Below, piece by piece: positions 39,038 through 47,492 of a stretch of DNA of 64,000 nucleotides (positions within the stretch are counted from its first letter, which is position 1; each line of letters begins with the position of its first letter). The position numbers and the translations under genes are program-made. The notes beneath the pieces are model-generated. The model ran no database searches and was not told where the DNA came from. It worked only from the letters and a program-made list of their open reading frames with translations. The DNA comes from an uncultured Clostridium sp. (GTDB taxonomy: Bacteria > Bacillota > Clostridia > TANB77 > CAG-508). The stretch is taken from the NCBI GenBank assembly GCA_905213875.1, contig CAJMJN010000004.1, positions 2,370 to 66,369 of the forward strand. Direction: 5' to 3'.

Positions 39038-40563
39038 TTTTTTTCAATTCCTTGTACATATATCCTATCGATTTTTTCATGTATAAATTCTTTTGTTAAT
39101 TCAAATGTATCAAAATCAAAAAACTTCTTTATTTTTTGTTGATTTTTTCCAGTTTCATTTGCATCTCTATTTACTTTTAATTGTATTAATTGACTTTTAT
39201 AATCCATAATTTCGTCTTGATATTCATTCTTGATTTTTTCAAACTCATCATCAGTAATTTTATTCATAGTATATAATTTTATTAAATTAGCTTTATTCTT
39301 TTCCTTTTCATTTATTGCATTTTCTAAAATTTTTATATTTTTTTCTAATTTAAAATCCTTTTTGTCTAACCTAGAATTTGCTTTCAACATTTCTTTAAGT
39401 ATCATTGATTTCTTTTCTAATAATTCAGAAAAAACCTCACTTAATATACTATTTAATTCCTCAGTTCCAATATATGTATGATTATTACAATTTTTTAAGC
39501 CATTCTTAGCATATTCAGAACATATCCAAAATTCTTCTTTTGCTGTTGGTCTATGCTTTCTTCTCCAAAATTTTTTTCCATCATTAGTACATATCAATAA
39601 ATTAGAATATTGGTATTGATTATTCCAACGATCTCCAGTTCCAGTATACTTATTACTTCTCTTTTCCATTATTTCATTGCATTTTTGCCATATATCGTCA
39701 TTTACAATTTGTGGTACAATATTCTCTTCAGCTTTATAGGTAATCCATTCCTCTTTTGGAATTTCTATTCTTTCCTTACTCATAAAATCTATCACCTCTG
39801 TTTTTTTACCACAATAACATCCTTTATATTTTGGATTTGTAAGTATATTTTTTATTGTAGAATAAGCAAAAACATCTCCTTTTCTCGTTAATTTTCCCTC
39901 TTCTGCTAGTTTCTTTCCAATTCTCCTTATTCCAATATTTCCTGTGGAATATAATTCAAAAATTCTCGAAACAATTTCTGCTTCTTCATCGATTTTTTTC
40001 AATTTACAATTGTCTTTTTCATATCCCCATATAACATTACTGCCAAGCACTCTTCCTTTTTCTATTGCTCTATTAAATCCAAATTTTACCCTTTCTGAAA
40101 TTCTTCTACTTTCATCCTGTGCAAGTGATGCCATAAGTGTTAATCTCAATTCTCCTTCTTGTTCAAGAGTATTAATATTATCTAATTCAAAATATATACC
40201 TTTTCCTCTTGCTAATAAGTTTCTAGTAAACTGTAGTGTGTCTAATGTATTTCTTGCAAATCTACATACTTCTTTTGTTAAAATCAGATCATATTTATCA
40301 TCCATACCATCCTGTATCATATTATTAAAGTCCTCTCTTTTCTTTATTGATGTTCCTGTTATTCCACTGTCACTATAGCCTTGAACTAATGTCCATTTAG
40401 GTATAGATAAAATTTTGTTTTTGTAATAATCATCCTGATTTATTAGTGAATTTTTTTGTTCATTCTTTCCTGTAGAAACTCTTGCATAATATGTCACCCT
40501 TAAAGGTAAATCATATATTGTTTTTCCTGACATTAATGCTTTTCTAATTTCATATAATTCCAT
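38842..40563 (-). CDS. Large serine recombinase (element-proximal)
   Basis: N-terminal resolvase catalytic domain (YARVSTGKNEQKNSLINQ with catalytic Ser, LTKEVCRFARN), a recombinase domain, a Cys-containing zinc-ribbon region and a long coiled coil. The ORF reads through the junction, so its last ~40 codons are antisense spoIVA. Confidence 0.9.
   Translation of the reverse strand: MELYEIRKALMSGKTIYDLPLRVTYYARVSTGKNEQKNSLINQDDYYKNKILSIPKWTLVQGYSDSGITGTSIKKREDFNNMIQDGMDDKYDLILTKEVCRFARNTLDTLQFTRNLLARGKGIYFELDNINTLEQEGELRLTLMASLAQDESRRISERVKFGFNRAIEKGRVLGSNVIWGYEKDNCKLKKIDEEAEIVSRIFELYSTGNIGIRRIGKKLAEEGKLTRKGDVFAYSTIKNILTNPKYKGCYCGKKTEVIDFMSKERIEIPKEEWITYKAEENIVPQIVNDDIWQKCNEIMEKRSNKYTGTGDRWNNQYQYSNLLICTNDGKKFWRRKHRPTAKEEFWICSEYAKNGLKNCNNHTYIGTEELNSILSEVFSELLEKKSMILKEMLKANSRLDKKDFKLEKNIKILENAINEKEKNKANLIKLYTMNKITDDEFEKIKNEYQDEIMDYKSQLIQLKVNRDANETGKNQQKIKKFFDFDTFELTKEFIHEKIDRIYVQGIEKNHVKLKINFHLGLEMSEVDKKSICLGLIICIEGAVAFNLTPKREPCFTISGSSKTSSSIEGVTIP
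38984..39014 (+). terminator. GC-rich hairpin about 20 nt inside the element's left end
   Basis: TCCACCTCG-(13 nt)-CGAGGTGGA followed by AATTTATTTTT on the plus strand. It would stop spoIVA-derived transcription from entering the element antisense to the recombinase. Confidence 0.4.
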
Positions 40564-40671
40564 TGAAATACCTCCAAAATCTTATTTTAATCGCTTGTGT
40601 TGTAACTCTGTTTGTATTTATTGTCAACATTTTGAAAGATATTTCCAAAATTAAAAAGCCCTTATGGGCTT

Positions 40672-42303
40672 TTAACTAGCAATCTTTTGCTTATCTATGT
40701 ACTTAATTATTTTTTTCTTTTTATATAATAATTCTATTGTAATTCCAACTTTTAAAACTATTTCTAAATTTGCTAATCCTGTATCATCCAGTCTCTCTAC
40801 TTTTATTTTATCTAAAATTACATCTACTAATTGTGCTGGTATTCCTTGAAAAAATTCAAAATCCTTTTCAAAACTTTTCTTTATTATTTGCATCTTATCA
40901 TCTATTTCATCCTTATTTCTTGACATTATAAGTTTATTTTTTTCTTCTTCATAGGCTGATATTTTTTCGTTATATATATTGTTTTCTTCCTCAAATTCTT
41001 TTTCATCAATAAGTTCTGTAGTATATAATTTTATCAATTTTTTCTTTTCTTTCTTCAAGCTTTCAATTTTATTTTGTAGTGAAGTTATATCTATTTCAGT
41101 AGAACAGTCTTCAAAGCACTCTTTACATTTATTTAATAAATTCTCTATAAATTTTTCTTTATTTATAAACATTTCATTAAATATTCGTTTTAATACTTCA
41201 TCTAATGTTTCTGTATATATATTAACATTGTTTGCACATCCACTTATACCTTTTTTCTTATATAATGCACATTGCCAAAATTCTCTTCCTCTACTAATTG
41301 TTCTCCAATAACATTGTCCATCTTTTTTGCAATAAATTTTTCCAGAATATTTATATTTTGTATTATAACCAGTTGTTTCGCTTTTAGCTCTTTCACTTCT
41401 TTCTTTAAAGATTTCATTACATTTTTCCCAAATTTTTTCATCAACAATTTGTGGTACAACGTCATCTGTCGCTTTATATTCTACAATTTCATCTTCTCCA
41501 AGATTTACTCTTTGTTTAGTCATGAAATCTATAACTCTTGTCTTATTCCCAGAATAAAAGCCTTTATATTTCGGATTTGTAAGTATATTTTTTATTGTAG
41601 AATAAGCAAATGTTTCTCCTTTTTTTGTTAATATTCCTTCTTCTTCAAGTTTTTTTCCAACTTTTCGTATTCCAATATCACCTGATGCATATATTTCATA
41701 AATTCTTTTTACAATTTTTGCCTCATCTTCGTTCATTTTTAATTTACAATTATCTTTTTCATAACCCCATATAGCATTATTTCCCAATACTCGTCCTTTT
41801 TCTATTGATCTTTTAAAACCAAACTTTACTCTTTCTGAGATTCGTCTGCTTTCGTCTTGTGCTAATGATGCCATTATTGTTAATCTTAATTCTCCCTCTT
41901 GTTCTAATGTATTTATATTGTCCAGTTCAAAATAAACTCCCTTTCCCTTTGCCAATAAACTTCTAGTTAATTGTAATGTATCTAATGTATTTCTTGCAAA
42001 TCTACACACTTCTTTTGTCAATATTAAATCATACATATCATTAAGTCCATCAGAAATCATTTCATTAAAATCTTTTCTTTTTTTTGTAGAAGTACCTGTT
42101 ATACCTCTATCACTATATCCATCAACTAATGTCCACATTGGTGTATCTAAGATTTTATTTTTGTAATATATCTCTTGGTTATCTAACGAGTTTTTTTGCT
42201 CGTCCTTTTCTGTTGATACTCTTGAATAATATGTAACTCTTAGTGGTAAATCATATATCGTTTTTCCTGACATCAATTCTCTTCTTATTGTATATAAATC
42301 CAT
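40672..42303 (-). CDS. Large serine recombinase (second, paralogous)
   Basis: MDLYTIRRELMSGKTIYDLPLRVTYYSRVSTEKDEQKNSLDNQ... is closely similar to the first recombinase over the N-terminal ~300 aa and divergent in the C-terminal coiled coil. It has its own terminator hairpin (AAGCCC-TTAT-GGGCTT, about 40655-40670). Confidence 0.9.
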   Translation of the reverse strand: MDLYTIRRELMSGKTIYDLPLRVTYYSRVSTEKDEQKNSLDNQEIYYKNKILDTPMWTLVDGYSDRGITGTSTKKRKDFNEMISDGLNDMYDLILTKEVCRFARNTLDTLQLTRSLLAKGKGVYFELDNINTLEQEGELRLTIMASLAQDESRRISERVKFGFKRSIEKGRVLGNNAIWGYEKDNCKLKMNEDEAKIVKRIYEIYASGDIGIRKVGKKLEEEGILTKKGETFAYSTIKNILTNPKYKGFYSGNKTRVIDFMTKQRVNLGEDEIVEYKATDDVVPQIVDEKIWEKCNEIFKERSERAKSETTGYNTKYKYSGKIYCKKDGQCYWRTISRGREFWQCALYKKKGISGCANNVNIYTETLDEVLKRIFNEMFINKEKFIENLLNKCKECFEDCSTEIDITSLQNKIESLKKEKKKLIKLYTTELIDEKEFEEENNIYNEKISAYEEEKNKLIMSRNKDEIDDKMQIIKKSFEKDFEFFQGIPAQLVDVILDKIKVERLDDTGLANLEIVLKVGITIELLYKKKKIIKYIDKQKIAS

Positions 42304-42316
42304 ATTGAAAGCCCCC

Positions 42317-42469
42317 TTATATATTTCTAAGTATATAATCTTTCATCTGGTCATCAATTAACCCCTGTTTATTTGCTGAATTTATCAAATATTTACTTAA
42401 TTCTTCTTTAATACTGTTTTCAAATTTTTCTATTGTTTTGGTTTCGATCTTATCAAATATTTTGTCCAA
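42317..42469 (-). CDS. Small acidic ORF (50 aa) immediately upstream of the second recombinase
   Basis: TTG start 7 nt after AGAGGTGAAG. It reads MDKIFDKIETKTIEKFENSIKEELSKYLINSANKQGLIDDQMKDYILRNI and stops 13 nt before the recombinase ATG. It is not in the supplied ORF track because it is under 60 aa. Confidence 0.3.
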   Translation of the reverse strand: MDKIFDKIETKTIEKFENSIKEELSKYLINSANKQGLIDDQMKDYILRNI

Positions 42470-42526
42470 TTTCTTCACCTCTGTTAATGTATATTGAAGA
42501 AATCATTTAAATATTACTGTATTTTT

Positions 42527-42946
42527 TTATTCCCATAATATTTTCTTGGGTACATCATACCCTGTTATGATTCCACTCTTTAAATGATAAGATTTAGTAT
42601 TTTTATTATAATTATAAATAGATGAATTCCACTTTCTAAAAGCTCTATTATTTATTGTTTTTCTACCACCTGATAATTCTCTACTAGCTTGTATATGCAT
42701 TTGTCTTAATTGTGCATACGCTATATCACCATCTTTTCTTTGCTTTCTTTTTTTAGCAATATATTGCATAGTTTGAGCATTATGCTTTTTTTTGTTTATT
42801 TCTTTTCTTTTTTCTTTTTCTAATTTATATCTAAAATCTTTAGTCACTACTCTTGAAACTTTATATTTTGAAATATTTAATTCTTTCGCAATTTCTATTT
42901 GCTTCATTTTATCTTCAAAATACATTTTTAAAATTTTCTCATTCAT
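42527..42946 (-). CDS. Helix-turn-helix DNA-binding protein (element regulatory module)
   Basis: MNEKILKMYFEDKMKQIEIAKELNISKYKVSRVV has a sigma-region-4/HTH-like N-terminus followed by a basic region. Confidence 0.55.
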   Translation of the reverse strand: MNEKILKMYFEDKMKQIEIAKELNISKYKVSRVVTKDFRYKLEKEKRKEINKKKHNAQTMQYIAKKRKQRKDGDIAYAQLRQMHIQASRELSGGRKTINNRAFRKWNSSIYNYNKNTKSYHLKSGIITGYDVPKKILWE

Positions 42947-43016
42947 AGTACCCTCCTGCAACTTTTTGCTAACAGATTTTAAATATGAAGAAACTAATAG
43001 AGCTTATATTAAAACT

Positions 43017-43175
43017 CTATTTAATTTCTAAATCTTCCATTGCTTTTTTAAAATTTTGCTCACTTAATTTTTTTACAGTTTTATATCTTTTATTTCTTTC
43101 TAATATTTCTATGATCTCTCTAGCAAATATTCCTAAACTGAAAGAGATTATAGAAAAAATTAAATATTTTAGCAT
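43017..43175 (-). CDS. Small single-TM ORF (52 aa)
   Basis: MLKYLIFSIISFSLGIFAREIIEILERNKRYK... The ATG lies 1 nt after the stop of the upstream gene (translational coupling). It is below the track's size cut-off. Confidence 0.3.
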   Translation of the reverse strand: MLKYLIFSIISFSLGIFAREIIEILERNKRYKTVKKLSEQNFKKAMEDLEIK

Positions 43176-43176
43176 T

Positions 43177-43464
43177 TTATTTTTTCTCCTTTTTCTCTTT
43201 CATTATTATACTAGCTAATCTTTTTACTTCTGTATTTCCAAATTTTTCATAAAACATTGTTACTTCTTCTTTTATAGACTTGGCTGTTATGTCTGTATTG
43301 CTATTTTTTAATGTATGGAATGCTAACTGTGCATAAGCAGTAATAAGTTCTATTTCGGTTTTAGAATTATTTTTGCTTATTACATCTTTTGTTTTACTAA
43401 AAGTCTTTGTTTCTTTTAAATCTTTTACTTCTGTAACTTGATTTGTATTTCCTTTTTCATCCAT
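43177..43464 (-). CDS. Hypothetical protein
   Basis: 95-aa ORF with RBS GGAGG. I recognise no motif. Confidence 0.45.
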   Translation of the reverse strand: MDEKGNTNQVTEVKDLKETKTFSKTKDVISKNNSKTEIELITAYAQLAFHTLKNSNTDITAKSIKEEVTMFYEKFGNTEVKRLASIIMKEKKEKK

Positions 43465-43520
43465 ATTGTTACCTCCTTCTAATATTAGGAGTCCTATTTT
43501 TTATATTCGATGTTGCATTT

Positions 43521-43691
43521 TTATAATTTTTTTCTATTTTTTGTTAAAGTTTTATAAATCATATATTTTATTTCTTGCATTAAGTCTTCATCAATTCCAT
43601 TCCTTAGCTTACTCATACTTGTAATTAGTGGATTATAATCATCTAAAATTTTCAATATTTCTACATCATCTAAATTAAAGTTATTAAACAT
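43521..43691 (-). CDS. Small ORF (56 aa) overlapping the stop of the sigma-like gene
   Basis: MFNNFNLDDVEILKILDDYNPLITSMSKLRNGIDEDLMQEIKYMIYKTLTKNRKKL. The ATG overlaps the upstream stop. The arrangement resembles the small-ORF/sigma-like pairs of Firmicute conjugative or integrative elements. Confidence 0.35.
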   Translation of the reverse strand: MFNNFNLDDVEILKILDDYNPLITSMSKLRNGIDEDLMQEIKYMIYKTLTKNRKKL

Positions 43692-44118
43692 TGTTTTTTC
43701 CTCCTAGTAATTTTTTTGTAATCTTTTCTTGTGCCTTATTTCTTATTCTCCATATTGTTGTTCTTTCTACATTCATTTCTTTAGCTATTTGATTTATACT
43801 TTTTTCTTCTTTATATAAAGCAAAAAGCACCATCTTTTCTTTTCCAGACAATGCTTTCGCTACATTATATAATTTTTCATCACAAAAAAGTCTCTCGAAT
43901 TCAAGAGCGGACTTTAACTCATCGACACATTTATTAAGAACAGCATCAAATAAACTGCTACTTTCCATATCCTCACAAATATCCAAATTGATTTCTTTAC
44001 TGTTTAAATATTCATAATTATTTTTTATGTATTTTTTTCTAACATTTATAATCAACTTTTTTAAATATGATTTTTCTTCTTTTGATAATTCTTCTTGTAA
44101 ATAATTTTTTCTTTCCAT
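43684..44118 (-). CDS. Sigma-70 region-4-like / HTH regulator
   Basis: The C-terminal KEKMVLFALYKEEKSINQIAKEMNVERTTIWRIRNKAQEKI is a typical region-4 HTH. Confidence 0.6.
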   Translation of the reverse strand: MERKNYLQEELSKEEKSYLKKLIINVRKKYIKNNYEYLNSKEINLDICEDMESSSLFDAVLNKCVDELKSALEFERLFCDEKLYNVAKALSGKEKMVLFALYKEEKSINQIAKEMNVERTTIWRIRNKAQEKITKKLLGGKNNV

Positions 44119-44461
44119 TTATTATCTCTCCAATTTCTAAAAATTGGACAAATATCTAAAAGAGAAAGAAAAACAAATATTAAATTATTTTTTCTTATTC
44201 TTTATAATTTACTTTTACATATTTTTATCACTCCTAACAAATAATCTTTAATTAATAAAAAATCTCTTGTACTTTATTATTTCTTCTAATGTATTATTTT
44301 TCTAACTCTTAAAGACTATTTGTCCTATTGGAGATTATACTTTTTAATGTTGTTTCATTGTAAAAACGGCGATAGATGGCTAATAAACGGCGAAAAATGG
44401 TTAAAATTATTCATAATCAGTTATATTTTTAGTTTTATTTGTAAAAATCTTCCATTTTGTA

Positions 44462-44490
44462 TTGTGTTTACATAATTTTAGTGATATAAT
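44462..44490 (+). promoter_or_regulatory. Candidate promoter of the Spo0A-like gene
   Basis: TTGTGT, a 17-nt spacer, then TATAAT (44485-44490), about 35 nt upstream of the ATG. Confidence 0.35.
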
Positions 44491-44525
44491 ATTGTTGATT
44501 TATAAAATTGTTAGGAGAAGTTATC

Positions 44526-45230
44526 ATGGTAAAGATTCTTTCAGTCATTCAAAATATTGAGCAAAATTCTCAACTTTGCCAATACCTTACGCAAGATAAC
44601 AATATTGATTTTAAAATTACTAGTGATGAAGTTTCTGTTTTGAAACAGTATTACGATTTTAGACCTGACATTTTTATATTAGACACCAGTTTTAAAAATA
44701 TAAAATATAGTGATGTAATCAATGAGCTTTCATTAGATGATACTGAACAATTCAAATGTAATACCATATTACTTTATAACTCTACTACTGAATTATTAAA
44801 TCTTGCAAATTGGTCTAAAATATATAATATATTTTTAAAAACTACAGATTATAAAAATATTTTAAAAGCTATATATGAAATGTCTAATTACACTTTAGAA
44901 AGAAAAATTGATAGGCTATTTTTAAAGTTACATATTCCATTAGAAAGTAGCCCTTCAAATCGTGTTAGAAAAACATTAATTAAATGTTGTAATTCGCCTA
45001 ATTTACTTGGCAATTTAAACACTTTATTTAATACAGTTGGCAAGGAACTTGGAACAACCGGTGAAGGTATTCGTTCTTCTTTTAGAACTGCATTAAAGCC
45101 TTTAAATGAATTTAAAGATAAAGAAGATTTGCCTTTTGCAATTTATAAATTCTTTCCAAAAGGCGAAGAAGTTACCCCAAAATTATTTTTAGATATTAGC
45201 ATATATTATTTGAAAAACACAAAAAAATAA
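44526..45230 (+). CDS. Spo0A-like regulator paralogue (atypical receiver plus a Spo0A_C-like DNA-binding domain)
   Basis: The N-terminal ~120 aa have a CheY-like layout (DIFILDTSF...). The C-terminal LFLKLHIPLESSPSNRVRKTLIKCC...LFNTVGKELGTTGEGIRSSFRTALKPL parallels the Spo0A effector-domain pattern (..GVPAHIKGY.YLR.AI...LY..IA....TT.SRVERAIRHAI). Confidence 0.65.
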   Translation: MVKILSVIQNIEQNSQLCQYLTQDNNIDFKITSDEVSVLKQYYDFRPDIFILDTSFKNIKYSDVINELSLDDTEQFKCNTILLYNSTTELLNLANWSKIYNIFLKTTDYKNILKAIYEMSNYTLERKIDRLFLKLHIPLESSPSNRVRKTLIKCCNSPNLLGNLNTLFNTVGKELGTTGEGIRSSFRTALKPLNEFKDKEDLPFAIYKFFPKGEEVTPKLFLDISIYYLKNTKK

Positions 45231-45272
45231 CAGATAAGTTTTAGTATGATCAAAAACTTATCTGTTATTTTT
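45230..45272. terminator. Bidirectional terminator between the Spo0A-like gene and the radical SAM gene
   Basis: ACAGATAAGTTT...AAACTTATCTGT stem flanked by an A-run and a T-run, between convergent genes. Confidence 0.6.
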
Positions 45273-46465
45273 TATTTATTATTTTTATAATCATTATATT
45301 GATTAATAATATCCACTACACTATTACTTATGTTATCTGAACTTGATATTACTGAATTTAACTTTCTTCCTATAATATCATACATCTCATCTATTTCATT
45401 TTCTTGTACCTTATTATCTATTATCATATTGAATATAGGAATATTATTTTCTAATTTTTCTTTTGAAGATTTTACAAGATCTAATCCGTTCATATTATCC
45501 ATAGCATATTTTGTAAATATCATTTCTGGTTTTAAATCTACAATTTTATGATATGTTTCTGTTCCATCTTTTGCTGTACCAACTATATCAACAAAATCAA
45601 GTTTTTTTATTGCATCAACTATCTTGTTTGTTATATTTATATCATTATGTGCAATTAAAGTTCTAATTTTTCCATTTGAATATATTTTATCAAAATCTAT
45701 TATTTCTTCTTTTAAAGCATTTCCAAAATAATGATCCTTTCCATTTTGTGTTTGAATTATATCTGCATTTGGAACAATTACTATACTTTTTTCAAATTCA
45801 CTTTGTTTTTTATATTCTACAGTTTTGATATTCTCAAATTTTCTTAATCTTTTTACACTATTTTCTAATTCTTTTTCTTCTATTTCAAATAGTTTTTCAT
45901 TTTTTTCTGCCCTTTCTCTAATAGGCATAAACTTCAAAAATTTCCATTTTTCTATTTGATAGTTATTTAAAAATTCTCCTAATTCATCTAATTTATCAAC
46001 ATTAAGCCTGCTAACAACCGTGTTTATTCTTACTTTTATATTCTTGTTTTTAGTTTTTTCTAAAAGATTTTTTATAATATCTAAATGATTATTTTCTTTA
46101 CCTAATGCTAAATTGATATCATTTTCAATTGAATCAATAGATAAATTGATTTCATCAAGTGTATTTAAAATATCTTCTACATATTCGTTATCGTTCTTTG
46201 ATAAGTAAATTCCGTTCGTTACTAATTTATTATATAATCCTCTTTCTTTTGATTCTCTCATTAATTCATTTACTCTTGGATATAATACCGCTTCTCCACC
46301 AGTCCAAGTAATATGGTTTATCCCACTTGCAATTAAATGATTTAATACTCTTTCATTTTCTTCAAAAGATAGATTTGGTATATTGTTAAATCCAAAACAA
46401 TATTTACATCCTTGATTACATTTAGTTGTTATTTTCCAACAAACTTTTTTCTTAATCATATACAT
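45272..46465 (-). CDS. Viperin-like radical SAM enzyme fused to a C-terminal degenerate receiver (REC-like) domain
   Basis: CNQGCKYC (CX3CX2C) in the context [17 protein letters not shown]. By eye I could align it collinearly to animal viperin: [26 protein letters not shown] vs [34 protein letters not shown] vs FKINSVINRFNV, and [12 protein letters not shown] vs RWKVFQCLLIEG. Residues ~270-390 have a CheY-like alternating pattern, but with Lys where the phospho-acceptor Asp is expected. Confidence 0.7.
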   Translation of the reverse strand: MYMIKKKVCWKITTKCNQGCKYCFGFNNIPNLSFEENERVLNHLIASGINHITWTGGEAVLYPRVNELMRESKERGLYNKLVTNGIYLSKNDNEYVEDILNTLDEINLSIDSIENDINLALGKENNHLDIIKNLLEKTKNKNIKVRINTVVSRLNVDKLDELGEFLNNYQIEKWKFLKFMPIRERAEKNEKLFEIEEKELENSVKRLRKFENIKTVEYKKQSEFEKSIVIVPNADIIQTQNGKDHYFGNALKEEIIDFDKIYSNGKIRTLIAHNDINITNKIVDAIKKLDFVDIVGTAKDGTETYHKIVDLKPEMIFTKYAMDNMNGLDLVKSSKEKLENNIPIFNMIIDNKVQENEIDEMYDIIGRKLNSVISSSDNISNSVVDIINQYNDYKNNK

Positions 46466-46604
46466 CCTCTTTTCATATATAAAATCTCTTTTTACACATT
46501 TATATTATATATGAAAAGCAATTGGAAAACTATTCCTAATATTTTAACATCCCTTAAATATCATTGAAAGCAAAAAACATCCTATTTCTAGGACATTTTT
46601 TACT

Positions 46605-47480
46605 TTATATATTTTTTAAATATTCTTTAATGAATTTTTTATCTACCTTTGTCAATTCACCTTTTAGATAAATTAAGTTTAATTTTAGGCTAGGCAATTC
46701 TATTGGCATTTCAACTTCATATAATTCTTTATTATTTAATTCATTCTTTACAGCCTCTTTTATAACATATGCAATTCCCATATTTTTCTTAACTGCTTCA
46801 ACTCTTACTTCGGTTGCATCACACATTATATCAGCATTAATATTAACATTGTATTCTTTTAAAAGTTCCTTTAATCGTTTTGTTGCTTTTGTATTTTCAA
46901 GGTTTAAAATACAATTCAATTTTTCAATTTCTTTTATATCTGCAATTTTCAATGGTGCTTTTGAAACAAATATATTATTAATTTTTAATAATTCTTCTAT
47001 TTCAATATTGCTATTTTCAATCTCTGTATCTATTATTGCAAAATCAATTTCATGATTTTGCAACAAACTCATCATTTTGTTTATATCAACTTCACATATT
47101 ATTTTTATATTAAGATCTGGATAATCCCTCTTAACTTTTTCTATTTTTTCCATTAGTAAATAACTTGTAAAATGTGATGGGCATCCTATTTTTATGCAGC
47201 CACTTGATATATCATTCTTATCCTTTGCTAATTTTTCTGCAAAGTCAAATCCTGATATTGATTTATTTACTATTTCATATAATTCTTTGCCATTTTCTGT
47301 TAGAGTTACTCCTTTGTTTTCCCTATTAAATAGTTTTAAATTTAATTGTTCTTCTAAATTTGATATTTGTGTACTAACATTTGGAACTGATAATCCTAAT
47401 TTCTCTGCTGCCTCTGAATAACTTTTGGATTGAGCAACTTTACAAAATATTCTATATAAGTTCAAATTTACATTTGACAT
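46605..47480 (-). CDS. LysR-family transcriptional regulator
   Basis: N-terminal wHTH (LYRIFCKVAQSKSYSEAAEKLGLSVPNVSTQISNLEEQLNLKLFNR) and a C-terminal substrate-binding domain. Confidence 0.9.
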   Translation of the reverse strand: MSNVNLNLYRIFCKVAQSKSYSEAAEKLGLSVPNVSTQISNLEEQLNLKLFNRENKGVTLTENGKELYEIVNKSISGFDFAEKLAKDKNDISSGCIKIGCPSHFTSYLLMEKIEKVKRDYPDLNIKIICEVDINKMMSLLQNHEIDFAIIDTEIENSNIEIEELLKINNIFVSKAPLKIADIKEIEKLNCILNLENTKATKRLKELLKEYNVNINADIMCDATEVRVEAVKKNMGIAYVIKEAVKNELNNKELYEVEMPIELPSLKLNLIYLKGELTKVDKKFIKEYLKNI

Positions 47481-47492
47481 ACAATCACACTC

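Noticed and set aside
44119-44507. The largest non-coding gap inside the element, checked as a possible location for the missing spoIVA 3' fragment.
   Set aside because: Translation in all plus-strand frames is stop-rich and shows nothing like the SpoIVA C-terminus. It looks like a divergent promoter/operator region.
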